This document shows, one piece after another, positions 12,399 to 21,417 of a stretch of 64,000 bases of DNA (position 1 is the stretch's first letter; the number at the start of each line of letters is the position of its first letter). Below the pieces are notes generated by a model that saw only the letters and a program-made list of their open reading frames with translations, had not been told where the DNA came from and ran no database searches. The stretch is taken from positions 106,555-170,554 of the forward strand of contig JBJETT010000004.1 of the NCBI GenBank assembly GCA_051883455.1, given 5' to 3'. The DNA comes from Christensenellales bacterium. Lineage in GTDB: Bacteria; Bacillota; Clostridia; Christensenellales; UBA3700. Position numbers and translations under genes: made by a program.

Positions 12399-12422
12399 AA
12401 AAGTCACCGCAAGGTGACTTTT
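12399..12422. terminator. Bidirectional terminator between deoC and the XRE gene
   Basis: AAAAGTCACC-GCAA-GGTGACTTTT. Confidence 0.85.
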
Positions 12423-12424
12423 GT

Positions 12425-12652
12425 TTAGTCCGACAAACCTAATAAATAATCGGTGGTAACGTTGAAATACCGAGCAAGTTTGTATATCGCGGACGCGGTG
12501 GGCTCTTGCTTGGCGTTTTCCCAATAGCTTATACTGGCGTTGGATAAGTTGAGGTCTAAGGCAAGTTTGTTTTGACCGATGCCCCTATCAATACGCAATT
12601 CTTTTAGCCTTTCGGCAAATATTTTGATATCAAAATCTAAGCTGTTGTCCAT
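12425..12652 (-). CDS. XRE-family HTH transcriptional regulator
   Basis: FAERLKELR...GQNKLA..LNLSNASISYWENAKQEP...LARYFNVTTDYLLGL. Confidence 0.93.
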   Translation of the reverse strand: MDNSLDFDIKIFAERLKELRIDRGIGQNKLALDLNLSNASISYWENAKQEPTASAIYKLARYFNVTTDYLLGLSD

Positions 12653-12685
12653 ATTATGATGTTAACAATAATTAGAATATTTGTC

Positions 12686-12714
12686 TTGACTTCTAATTAT
12701 AATTAGATTAAAAT
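12686..12714 (+). promoter_or_regulatory. sigA promoter TTGACT-N17-TAAAAT whose spacer holds the perfect palindrome TCTAATTATAATTAGA (putative XRE operator)
   Basis: Palindrome at 12692-12707; half-site TAATTAGA repeated at about 12669-12676. Confidence 0.6.
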
Positions 12715-12754
12715 ATACTTGAATTAAGTACTATTTGGCACGTAGTATATTGTA

Positions 12755-12783
12755 TTGACAAAAGTTATTAATATTATTATAAT
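12755..12783 (+). promoter_or_regulatory. Consensus sigA promoter TTGACA-N17-TATAAT of the LRR gene
   Basis: Exact consensus match; SD GGAG and ATG 12802 downstream. Confidence 0.8.
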
Positions 12784-12801
12784 ATACCAAATGGAGAGTA
12801 T

Positions 12802-15324
12802 ATGAAGAAGACGGCTATATTGATTTGTTTCGTAATGATTTTTGCTTTGGCGACGTTGTGTTTGAGCGCATGCGATAGCGATATTTATTTTGAGTTGTCC
12901 ACGACTACAAATATCCAAGAGGCGGGAACGTATACCCAATTAGAGGGTGAGAAAATTGCCTTTAGAGATAGCGTTACTCTGACCGCTACGACCAACGTAG
13001 GGTATAAATGGCTTGGTTGGTACGACGGTGATAGACTTGTGTCTAAGGATACCACTTATACTTTCAATATGCCCGGTAACGATATAACCTATACGGCTAA
13101 GTGGGAGCCAAAGGATTATTATATTTACTACTACGTAAAAGTCAAAAACGATACGAAAGGACACACGGATACATATCAAATTAGTTCGCCAACTATCGTT
13201 TTGGAAACACCTGAGGAAGAGGGATATGAGTTTGAAGGTTGGTATGATAACGTTGAGTATATGGGAGATCCTATTACCGAAATACCGAGCGGTAGCGTAG
13301 GCTTTATGTATCTTTATGCCAAGATGACGCCAATAAATTACGCTATAGAATATCATCTTGACGGCGGGGTAAACGACAGCAAAAATCCAACGCACTATAA
13401 TATCGAGAAAGACGTGACTTTGGCTGATGCCACTAAGTCGGGGTATTCCTTTGACGGATGGTATCTCGACGAGTCTTATACTCAGCCTATATACGTATTG
13501 GATGCGATTGTGGACAAAAAAGTGGATTTGTATGCAAGGTTTTTGCCGTTTGAATCGACGATAGACGAAGATAACAACGTGACGATAGTTAGTTATTGCG
13601 GAACGGGGAATAAAGTTGATATTCCTACTACGATAAACGGACGAAAAGTCGTGAAAATCAATAAGAACTTGTTGGTCGGTTGCAATGATATCACAGAACT
13701 TTCAATTCCTTTCGTGGGTGAATTGCTAAACGAAATAAATAATCCTTGGATTATGCCACCGCAATTTTTGGGTCAATTATTTGGTGCGGATAATTATGAA
13801 GACCAAAATAACTACGTACCATCTACCTTGAGAACGGTAAAAGTCGGGTATAACGTTGGTAAGTATTCTTTTGTAGGCTGCAAAAACATTAGCTGTATTT
13901 ATCTGTCCGAAATGACGTCTAGCGTATACTCGGAGGCTTTTGTGGGTTGTTCGGGTCTAAAAGAGCTGGTAGTGAATGAAGACAATCAATATTTCTTTAG
14001 TAAAGGTAATTGCATAATTAGTAAAAAATATAACTCATTGGTAGTCGGTTGCGCTACAAGCGTTATTCCCGAAGGCGAGAATATAAGCATAATCAACGCC
14101 TACGCCTTTAGTGGATGTGAGAATTTGGTATCCATTGACATACCTGAAGGTGTAGTTTATATCTACGATAGTGCTTTTGAAAATTGCGTCAACTTGCAGT
14201 CGGTGAATATCGCTAACAGCGTAAGGTGTCTCGGAAGATATGCATTCAACGGTTGCACTAATTTGTCTGAAATATTATCCGGCGATAATATCGAAGAAAT
14301 CGGATATGATTGCTTGAAGAATACAGCTTGGTATGCCAATCAGCCGGACGGACTTATCTACGTGGGCAAGGTTGCATTGAAGTATAAGGGCACTATGCCT
14401 ACAGATACGTCTATCGTCATCAAAGACGGCACTAAGTCGATTGGAGAATTTGCTTTTTATAATTGTCGTAATCTAATCGACGTTACGTTGCCTGATAGCG
14501 TTACGCGTATATGCGATGATGCTTTCTTTGCATGTAGTAGACTAGCAAGTATTGATTTGCCGGAAAGTCTAAGAGAGATAGGTTCATCTTCTTTTGGTGC
14601 TTGCGACGGATTGACAACTATATATATACCTGCCAACGTTGAGTGGATACATACAGGTAGTTTTGAAGGTTGCAGTAACTTGGCAAATATCCAAGTAGAC
14701 AAAAACAATAAAAAATATCATAGTGACGGCAATTGTTTGATAGAAACTGCTAGAAAAAGACTGATTGCAGGTTGCTATACGAGTGTAATACCTGAGGATG
14801 GAAGCGTGACAATCATAGGAATATACGCCTTTGAAGGCATGGATAGATTGACGAGCATAAATATTCCTAATAGTATAAAGGAGATAGAAACCTTTGCTTT
14901 TGCGGATTGCAACGGATTGACGGAAGTGGTGATACCTAGTAGCGTGGAAACAATTGGTACAAATATATTTGATTGTTGTAAGAATTTGATAAGTATTGTC
15001 GTAGATGATGACAATCAAAATTACGTCGGCTTAGGTAATTGCCTGATAGAAAAGGATAGTAAGACATTGATATCCGGCTGTAAAACCTCCGTGATACCTG
15101 ACGGAAGCGTGACGAGAATAGGTGAGAGTGCCTTTAGAGGTATAAGCTGGAACAATCCTACAATACCAAAAAGTGTCACGTTGATAGACAAGGACGCCTT
15201 TATGTTTTTTGGTTATGAGCCAATTACTTACTTAGGTAAAATGGAAGAGTGGAACGCTATAGAAAAAGTGTACGACTTTGGGAGCAGAACTATCATTTGT
15301 ACCGACGGAACGATAAACGAATAG
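12802..15324 (+). CDS. Surface lipoprotein with InlB B-repeat-like domains and BspA-type (LRR_5) leucine-rich repeats
   Basis: Lipobox LSAC; two K.GY.F.GWY repeats; many V..I...AF..C..L..I.IP repeats; AT-rich. Confidence 0.85.
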   Translation: MKKTAILICFVMIFALATLCLSACDSDIYFELSTTTNIQEAGTYTQLEGEKIAFRDSVTLTATTNVGYKWLGWYDGDRLVSKDTTYTFNMPGNDITYTAKWEPKDYYIYYYVKVKNDTKGHTDTYQISSPTIVLETPEEEGYEFEGWYDNVEYMGDPITEIPSGSVGFMYLYAKMTPINYAIEYHLDGGVNDSKNPTHYNIEKDVTLADATKSGYSFDGWYLDESYTQPIYVLDAIVDKKVDLYARFLPFESTIDEDNNVTIVSYCGTGNKVDIPTTINGRKVVKINKNLLVGCNDITELSIPFVGELLNEINNPWIMPPQFLGQLFGADNYEDQNNYVPSTLRTVKVGYNVGKYSFVGCKNISCIYLSEMTSSVYSEAFVGCSGLKELVVNEDNQYFFSKGNCIISKKYNSLVVGCATSVIPEGENISIINAYAFSGCENLVSIDIPEGVVYIYDSAFENCVNLQSVNIANSVRCLGRYAFNGCTNLSEILSGDNIEEIGYDCLKNTAWYANQPDGLIYVGKVALKYKGTMPTDTSIVIKDGTKSIGEFAFYNCRNLIDVTLPDSVTRICDDAFFACSRLASIDLPESLREIGSSSFGACDGLTTIYIPANVEWIHTGSFEGCSNLANIQVDKNNKKYHSDGNCLIETARKRLIAGCYTSVIPEDGSVTIIGIYAFEGMDRLTSINIPNSIKEIETFAFADCNGLTEVVIPSSVETIGTNIFDCCKNLISIVVDDDNQNYVGLGNCLIEKDSKTLISGCKTSVIPDGSVTRIGESAFRGISWNNPTIPKSVTLIDKDAFMFFGYEPITYLGKMEEWNAIEKVYDFGSRTIICTDGTINE

Positions 15325-15345
15325 TAGAAAAAATTGCAAACAAAT

Positions 15346-15372
15346 AGCACACCTTGAAGGGTGTGCTTTTTG
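15346..15372 (+). terminator. Intrinsic terminator after the LRR gene
   Basis: AGCACACC-TTGAAG-GGTGTGCT plus TTTTG. Confidence 0.8.
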
Positions 15373-15413
15373 TATAGATTTAGTAGTACTCTAATAGGAT
15401 AAGATTAGACTTT

Positions 15414-15614
15414 ACAACCCTTCCGTCTTGCCGTAGGGCAAGACACCTTCCCTTGCACAGGGACGGCTTTTTAAGCAGATAGAGATTGCCACGGCTAAAG
15501 CCTCGCAATGACAAGGTTATTACTGCAATAGCATAGTCCGTTGTCATTCCGAGCCTTGTTCACAAGGCGTGGGAATCTCGTTCCTTTTGATGCCTCCTTT
15601 ACACAAAGGGGCCT
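15414..15614. repeat. Cluster of REP-like palindromic units (BIME-like)
   Basis: Inverted pair GAGATTGCCAC-hairpin-TCGCAATGACA (15482-15513) and TGTCATTCCGA-hairpin-GTGGGAATCTC (15542-15579), plus related hairpin units at 15414-15468 and 15591-15614. Confidence 0.65.
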
Positions 15615-15637
15615 TATAAACGGTTGAGATTGCAGCG

Positions 15638-16390
15638 TTAACTATTTTGCAAATTGTCTTCGTTGTTTGATTGATTGTTAGAAAAATCGTCGACAACTTC
15701 GATTGGTTGCTCGGCAGTGCAATCGGCTACGACTTCTTGAGTCGTCGTATTGGTAGGGGCTAGGGCAACTGTCTCGGGCTCAACCTTGCGAGTCTTGCTC
15801 TTGACGCCCTTGATGATAGGGGAGAGCCTCTTGTAGAGCAAGAAGGTGATGAGTGACGAAGCGAAGCCTTTGCAGAAAGTGAGCGGTAAGTTGAACACCA
15901 ATAAGCATTGGACTATACTCTTGACGGAAGGCAATATCGCTTGATACATACCCAAGATGACCTCTTGAGGCATAAAGTTGTAGTAGATTGGGTAGGTGAT
16001 AAAGTAATTGGTGACTAGGCTAAGTAGCGACATAAGCACGGTGCCCGTCAAAGCTCCCGCTATTGCACCCTTGAAAGAGGTGTGGCGATTGTAAATTAGC
16101 CCAGCGGGTACGACCATGAGAGTGCCGAGCATTATGTTGCAAATCTCACCGACGCCACTAGTGGTGGTCTTGATTAGCGACAATGTTTCGGTAAGTAATA
16201 CGACTAAGAAGCCCGACACGGGTCCTAGCGCGTACGTCGAAATTATTGCGGGTGTGAGTGAGAAATCCATCTTCAAAAATGAAGGGAGGATTGGCACGTT
16301 GAATTCGAGAAGTCGCAAAACAGAGGAAACTGCGACCATGATTGCAGTAACGGCAAGAAACCTTGCCTTGGACACGGTAAAAGTCTTCAT
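15638..16390 (-). CDS. ribU: ECF transporter S component, riboflavin-specific (RibU-like)
   Basis: PSFLKMDFS..PA, GVGEICN, multiple TM helices, downstream of an FMN riboswitch. Confidence 0.88.
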   Translation of the reverse strand: MKTFTVSKARFLAVTAIMVAVSSVLRLLEFNVPILPSFLKMDFSLTPAIISTYALGPVSGFLVVLLTETLSLIKTTTSGVGEICNIMLGTLMVVPAGLIYNRHTSFKGAIAGALTGTVLMSLLSLVTNYFITYPIYYNFMPQEVILGMYQAILPSVKSIVQCLLVFNLPLTFCKGFASSLITFLLYKRLSPIIKGVKSKTRKVEPETVALAPTNTTTQEVVADCTAEQPIEVVDDFSNNQSNNEDNLQNS

Positions 16391-16398
16391 AATAATCT

Positions 16399-16520
16399 TC
16401 CTTTCTCATCCAGACTATACTGTCGGTATAGGAATTGCACCTATTCGGCATCGCATAAAGATTTACGACGTTTGTGGACTCTACCACCGGTGAGGAATTG
16501 CACCTACCCTCAAAGAATTT
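16399..16520 (-). ncRNA. FMN riboswitch (RFN element)
   Basis: Minus strand TCTTTGAGGGTAGGTGCAATTCCTCACCGGTGGTAGAGTCCAC...GGTGCAATTCCTATACCGACAGTATAGTCTGGATGAGAAAGG matches the RFN consensus; promoter TTGACA(16558-63)-N17-TATAAT(16535-40). Confidence 0.95.
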
Positions 16521-16582
16521 ATTTGATTGATAGAATTATAAATCGTTTGCAAATCAATGTCAAGTATAATATAATTGATTAT

Positions 16583-16981
16583 ATGAAAATCGTCAGTCAT
16601 AGCGTGCAAGATACATACGATATTGCTAAAAAAATCGCCAACGACCTCAAGGGGGGCGAGGTTATTCTACTCAGCGGTGATTTGGGCGCGGGTAAGACGA
16701 CTTTTACCAAGGGTTTGGCGCTTGCTTTGGGGATACAAGATACCGTTACTTCACCCACCTTTACCTTTATGAAAAGCTACGAGGGAAGACTGACGTTGTA
16801 TCACTTCGATATGTATAGGGCCGAGAACGAGGACGAGTTGTACGAATTGGGGCTTGCCGACTATCTCGACATGGACGGCGTATGCGTCATAGAGTGGAAT
16901 AAGTTCCAAAATATAAAAAATCCTATCGTCATCAATATCAAGGCGATAGACGAGAGAAGTAGGGAAATAGAGATATTATGA
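16583..16981 (+). CDS. tsaE: tRNA t6A biosynthesis ATPase
   Basis: [28 protein letters not shown]; the ORF-track start at 16472 overlaps the riboswitch and is rejected. Confidence 0.96.
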   Translation: MKIVSHSVQDTYDIAKKIANDLKGGEVILLSGDLGAGKTTFTKGLALALGIQDTVTSPTFTFMKSYEGRLTLYHFDMYRAENEDELYELGLADYLDMDGVCVIEWNKFQNIKNPIVINIKAIDERSREIEIL

Positions 16982-17559
16982 AGATTTTGGCGATAGACAG
17001 CGTGTCGGATAGATTGGTGATAGTAGCGTGCAACGGAGATAGAGTCGCATCGAGAATTAGCGAGGGCAACAAAAGACACAACGGCGCAATTTTGCCACTC
17101 GTCGACGAGGTACTTGACGAGCTGGCTATGACGGTGAAAGACTTAGACTGCGTTGCGTGCGTGGTGGGTGCGGGCTCATTTACGGGCATAAGGATAGGCA
17201 TTGCAACTGCCGAGGCTCTGGCTACGGCGTGCAATCTTAAGACTATAGCCATCACTTCCTTTGAGGAGATAGCCTACGACTGCGACCCTAAGTGTAAGGT
17301 TGTGGCGATAGACTGCGGACACGGAGAATATTACTCGGCAAAATTCGACGGAAATTGGCAAAATATCAATGAGTTTTGCATATATAATGATGAACAGCTA
17401 AAATCTATGGGCGATTGCGTAGTGTACAAAACCAAGCCTAGCGACCCTATTAAACTATTGAAAATTGCCAAATGGAAGATGCAAAACGGCAAATACGACA
17501 AGCTTGTGCCTATGTATATGAAAAAGTCGCAAGCCGAGAGAGAAAAAGATGGAAATTGA
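16978..17559 (+). CDS. tsaB: tRNA t6A biosynthesis protein
   Basis: ILAIDS, H..AILPLVD, GAGSFTGIRIG. Confidence 0.93.
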   Translation: MKILAIDSVSDRLVIVACNGDRVASRISEGNKRHNGAILPLVDEVLDELAMTVKDLDCVACVVGAGSFTGIRIGIATAEALATACNLKTIAITSFEEIAYDCDPKCKVVAIDCGHGEYYSAKFDGNWQNINEFCIYNDEQLKSMGDCVVYKTKPSDPIKLLKIAKWKMQNGKYDKLVPMYMKKSQAEREKDGN

Positions 17560-17983
17560 AATAGTCACAATGAACGCAAGCCAAGTGGATAGCGTGTGGG
17601 AGATAGAAAAGGCGCTCATCGCCTCGCCTTGGAGCAAAGAGTCGATACAAAAATTGACGACAACGGACAATGCCGTGGCAAAAGTGGCAACAATAGACGG
17701 CAAGGTGGTTGGCTATTATAGCTTTTATCAAATACTAGACGAAGCCGACGTCAACAATATCGCTGTGGACAGTGCTTGGCAAAACAAGGGTATAGGCAGT
17801 GCGCTGATGCTCGATATGATAGATGAGTGCAAACAAAGAGATATCTCTGCGATAACTCTCGAAGTGGGCGCAAACAACGTCGTTGCGCAAAGATTATACG
17901 ATAAGTGGGGATTTAGACAAGAAGGATTAAGAAAAAAATATTATAATAATACGGAAGATGCGATAATTATGTGGAGAAGATAG
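17549..17983 (+). CDS. rimI: Ribosomal-protein-alanine N-acetyltransferase
   Basis: PWS, NIAVD..WQNKGIG, TLEV..N..A..LY, G.RKKYY..EDAIIM. Confidence 0.92.
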   Translation: MEIEIVTMNASQVDSVWEIEKALIASPWSKESIQKLTTTDNAVAKVATIDGKVVGYYSFYQILDEADVNNIAVDSAWQNKGIGSALMLDMIDECKQRDISAITLEVGANNVVAQRLYDKWGFRQEGLRKKYYNNTEDAIIMWRR

Positions 17984-17993
17984 GAGGTCGCAT

Positions 17994-18689
17994 ATTCTCA
18001 ATTACAAGGTCGTGGGACACGGCTCGAAAGACATTGTATTTTTGCACGGTTGGGGTGGAAGTATAGACAGCTTTTGGGGCGTGGCTCAATTTTTTTGCAA
18101 AAAATACCGTTGTATATTGGTGGACTTCTACGGCTTTGGAGCTAGCCCGATAGATAGGGCGTTGACCTTGCAAGACTATTGCGACGGCGTCCTCGAAGTG
18201 TTGGACTACTTAGGCGTGGAGCAAGCATGCGTGGTGGGGCATTCCTTTGGCGGACGGGTGGCGATGGAGCTTGCCGCTAAGACCGACAGGGTGAGAAGTA
18301 TGGTCTTGGTGGATAGCGCGGGGCTAAAACCTAAAATGACGCTGAAAAAAGCCCTCAGGAAACTCAAATATAAAATCTACAAAGCCTTGGGCAAAAGCAC
18401 CGAAAAGTGTGGCTCTAAGGATTATCGGGAGCTAAGCCCGATTATGAAAAAGACCTTCGTCAACGTGGTCAATTATCATCAAGACGAATTGTTGCATACA
18501 ATACATTGCCCCGTGCTAATCGTGTGGGGAAAAACCGACAAAGAAACGCCCAAATATATGGCGAAAAAGCTCAATTGCGGATTGGCTCGCTCGACGCTAA
18601 TTTGGCTAAAGGGCGGGCATTGGTGCTATATAGAGAGTTTGGGTGACTTTGTAAAAAGGACGATTGATTGGCTTGAAAATAATGATTGA
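17994..18689 (+). CDS. Alpha/beta hydrolase; start uncertain (ATT 17994 after AGGAGG, or GTG 18012)
   Basis: VFLHGWGG, GHSFGG nucleophile elbow, VLIVWG..D, GGH. Confidence 0.88.
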   Translation: MLNYKVVGHGSKDIVFLHGWGGSIDSFWGVAQFFCKKYRCILVDFYGFGASPIDRALTLQDYCDGVLEVLDYLGVEQACVVGHSFGGRVAMELAAKTDRVRSMVLVDSAGLKPKMTLKKALRKLKYKIYKALGKSTEKCGSKDYRELSPIMKKTFVNVVNYHQDELLHTIHCPVLIVWGKTDKETPKYMAKKLNCGLARSTLIWLKGGHWCYIESLGDFVKRTIDWLENND

Positions 18690-20250
18690 CTGTATAGTAG
18701 CCGTGACGTTGAGTTGGTGTGTGGTGGCGCTGTGTCACCGCCTTTTGACTTTGATACAGCTCGACGGCTACGTGTTGAGAAAAACGCAAAAAACCGACGA
18801 TATCGTGGCAAGACTGCTGTTTTGCGGGGTGGCGAGTTGTATCATAACCTACATAACTTATCTCACCGCAATACTCAGCGTGCTACAAAATCTCGAATAT
18901 ATCGTGCCGATATGCATTGCTATGCTTGCGATTTATCACGCCGTGGACAGCGGAAAGTGCGGAGCAAGACAGACATTGAAACTCACGGCAAGAGCGCAAA
19001 GATTGGTGGCGTGCTTTACTCTGCTTACCTCGATAGTATTCGTCGACGCGGTGCTCTTAGGCGGTATGATACGCCTCGAGGGACTGAATATGACCTACGT
19101 ATTGTGTCCTTTCGTGTTCTTTGTTACGCCTAGTATACTAAAGTTTAGTTTGGTTTTGCTCTCTCCACTAGAAAACGCAATAAAAAGGCGTTACGTAGTC
19201 AAGGCGACCAAGGCGCTGGATAGCAATGCCGAATTGGTGAAGATTGCAATTACTGGTAGCTACGGTAAGACTTCCGTCAAGAGGTTTTTGACGACGATTT
19301 TGTCGCAAAAGTTTAGAACCTTTTGCACACCGCACAACTACAATACCCCTATGGGGATATGCCTTTCCGTCAAGCAAATGCCTGCCGATACGCAAATCTT
19401 TGTGGTGGAAATGGGGGCAAGATACAAGGGCGATATTGCCGAGCTGTGCAATATGACTAAGCCCGACCTCGGCGTGCTGACGGGGATAGAAAACCAACAC
19501 CTAGAGAGCTTTGGTACGATAGACAATATCATCGATACCAAGTGCGAGTTGGTGGAATACTTAGGCGACAAACCCTGCTTCTTCGGTGAGAGCAGATACC
19601 TAGATAGGTGCTTGGTGAGGTCAATAAATCCTATCGTCGTGGGCGCGGGCGGATACGTGCAAGCCAAAAATGTCGAGTGCGATAGCGAGGGAAGTAGCTT
19701 TGACCTGTGCATAGGCGACGAAAAAATCAAGGTAAAGACTAGGCTAATCGGCAAGCATAATATCCAAAACATTTTGCTAGCCGTAGCAGTGGCGCATCAT
19801 CTGGGTATGAGCATCAGCCAAATAGCCAAGGGTATAGACAAGATAAAAGCCGTGGAACACCGACTGCAAGTGAGTAGGCTCTACGGCGGTGTGACGGTGA
19901 TTGACGACAGCTACAACTCCAACAAAAAGGGGGCAATGTACGCAATAGACACGTTAGAGTTCTTTGAGGACAAAAAGAAGATCGTCATGTCGCAAGGGTT
20001 GGTGGAGCTGGGCGGAGAGAGCGAAGAAGCCAACATAGAGTTGGGTGGATATATGGCACAAAAGGTTGACGTCGCTATCCTCATAGGCGTCAACGCAAAA
20101 TATCTGATGCAAGGTTTGGTAGAAAAGGGTATGAAGCTACGCAATATCTACGTGGTCAAGGACCTAGAACAAGCGCAAAACGTACTAAAAAAAATAGTGG
20201 ACAAAAACAGCGTCGTACTAATTCAAAACGACCTGACGGACAATTATTGA
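18682..20250 (+). CDS. murF: UDP-N-acetylmuramoyl-tripeptide--D-Ala-D-Ala ligase with N-terminal membrane extension
   Basis: AITGSYGKTSVK, NYNTPMG, VVEMGA, IDDSYNSN; adjacent to ddl. Confidence 0.88.
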   Translation: MIDCIVAVTLSWCVVALCHRLLTLIQLDGYVLRKTQKTDDIVARLLFCGVASCIITYITYLTAILSVLQNLEYIVPICIAMLAIYHAVDSGKCGARQTLKLTARAQRLVACFTLLTSIVFVDAVLLGGMIRLEGLNMTYVLCPFVFFVTPSILKFSLVLLSPLENAIKRRYVVKATKALDSNAELVKIAITGSYGKTSVKRFLTTILSQKFRTFCTPHNYNTPMGICLSVKQMPADTQIFVVEMGARYKGDIAELCNMTKPDLGVLTGIENQHLESFGTIDNIIDTKCELVEYLGDKPCFFGESRYLDRCLVRSINPIVVGAGGYVQAKNVECDSEGSSFDLCIGDEKIKVKTRLIGKHNIQNILLAVAVAHHLGMSISQIAKGIDKIKAVEHRLQVSRLYGGVTVIDDSYNSNKKGAMYAIDTLEFFEDKKKIVMSQGLVELGGESEEANIELGGYMAQKVDVAILIGVNAKYLMQGLVEKGMKLRNIYVVKDLEQAQNVLKKIVDKNSVVLIQNDLTDNY

Positions 20251-20257
20251 GGGGTAT

Positions 20258-21388
20258 ATGAAAAATATTGCGGTGGTATTTGGCGGTAACTCTTGCGAAA
20301 GGGACATCTCTATCATTACGGGCGTGCAACTGTGTAGAAACGTCAACAAAAGTAAGTACAACCTCTATCCTCTGGTGTACGAGGGAAGCGACTTTTATCT
20401 CCCAAGCAATCCTCTAGAGATAGACAGCTATATCAAATGGGTGGGAAAAGAGCAAGACAAGGTTTACTTTAGAGCAAAATCCTTGATGAAAAAGGGGCGA
20501 ATAAGACAAAAAAAGCTGTGCGATATAGATTGCGTGGTGCTTTGCACCCACGGCGGTGAAGGGGAAAACGGTGTTTTGCAAGGCTTCTTCGAGTGCCTCG
20601 GTTTGCCTTACACTTCGGCGGGGGTGTGCGCTAGCGCGGTGGCTATGAATAAGAGCGTGTCAAAGGCGGTGTTTAAGCACCTCGGGTGCAGAAGCGTGGA
20701 GAGCGTGAGCGTAAACAAAAAGGACTACGATGAGTCAAAAACTCAGTACGTGGCGGGCAAATTGGACTTCCCAATCATAGTCAAGCCGTCGTCACAAGGC
20801 TCGTCTATCGGTATAAAAATCGCAAACACTATTGAGGAATTGCAAGAGGCGATAGATACGGCGTTTTGCTTTGACGACAAGATAATTGCCGAAAAAGCGC
20901 TGACCGACTTCGTAGAAATCAACGTGGCGGTGGTGGCAAAAGGGGGAGAGCTTATCTTCTCTTCGCCCGAGCAGCCTATAGGTTGGAAGGACTTTTTGAC
21001 CTTTGAGGACAAATATATGGCGGACGGCAAGATGAGCGGCGGCGGAAGAATTTACCCCGCAACCTTGACAGACAAAGCCAAAAAAACGGTGTACGACTAC
21101 GCTAAGAGGATATACGAGTTTTTGGATATGAAGGGCGTGGTGAGAATGGACTTTTTGATAGACAAGCAAAACAAAGTGTATATCAACGAGGTCAATACCA
21201 TACCCGGCTCTATGGCTTTCTACCTATTCGAGGAAGAGGATATCGACTACGAGGACCTCATAGATATTCTCGTCGACGAGGCTATAAGACGAAACCAAGA
21301 TAAACCCAAATATACTTTTCGTTCCGACGTGTTGAGTGAGTTTCAGGCGTGCAATAATGCTTGCAAAAATCCCGCCAAACTATTATAA
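20258..21388 (+). CDS. ddl: D-alanine--D-alanine ligase
   Basis: [46 protein letters not shown]. Confidence 0.94.
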   Translation: MKNIAVVFGGNSCERDISIITGVQLCRNVNKSKYNLYPLVYEGSDFYLPSNPLEIDSYIKWVGKEQDKVYFRAKSLMKKGRIRQKKLCDIDCVVLCTHGGEGENGVLQGFFECLGLPYTSAGVCASAVAMNKSVSKAVFKHLGCRSVESVSVNKKDYDESKTQYVAGKLDFPIIVKPSSQGSSIGIKIANTIEELQEAIDTAFCFDDKIIAEKALTDFVEINVAVVAKGGELIFSSPEQPIGWKDFLTFEDKYMADGKMSGGGRIYPATLTDKAKKTVYDYAKRIYEFLDMKGVVRMDFLIDKQNKVYINEVNTIPGSMAFYLFEEEDIDYEDLIDILVDEAIRRNQDKPKYTFRSDVLSEFQACNNACKNPAKLL

Positions 21389-21417
21389 TATACTCAACAA
21401 AATCAACGGAGCACATT

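Noticed and set aside
12425-15640. Prophage or ICE
   Set aside because: Only an XRE gene; no integrase, att repeats, relaxase or structural genes.
16472-16582. N-terminal extension of tsaE from the ORF track
   Set aside because: It overlaps the FMN riboswitch and both promoters; the real start is ATG 16583.
20258-21388. VanA/D-Ala-D-Lac ligase
   Set aside because: The omega loop reads FEDKY, with Tyr at the specificity position as in D-Ala-D-Ala ligases; no van genes are nearby.
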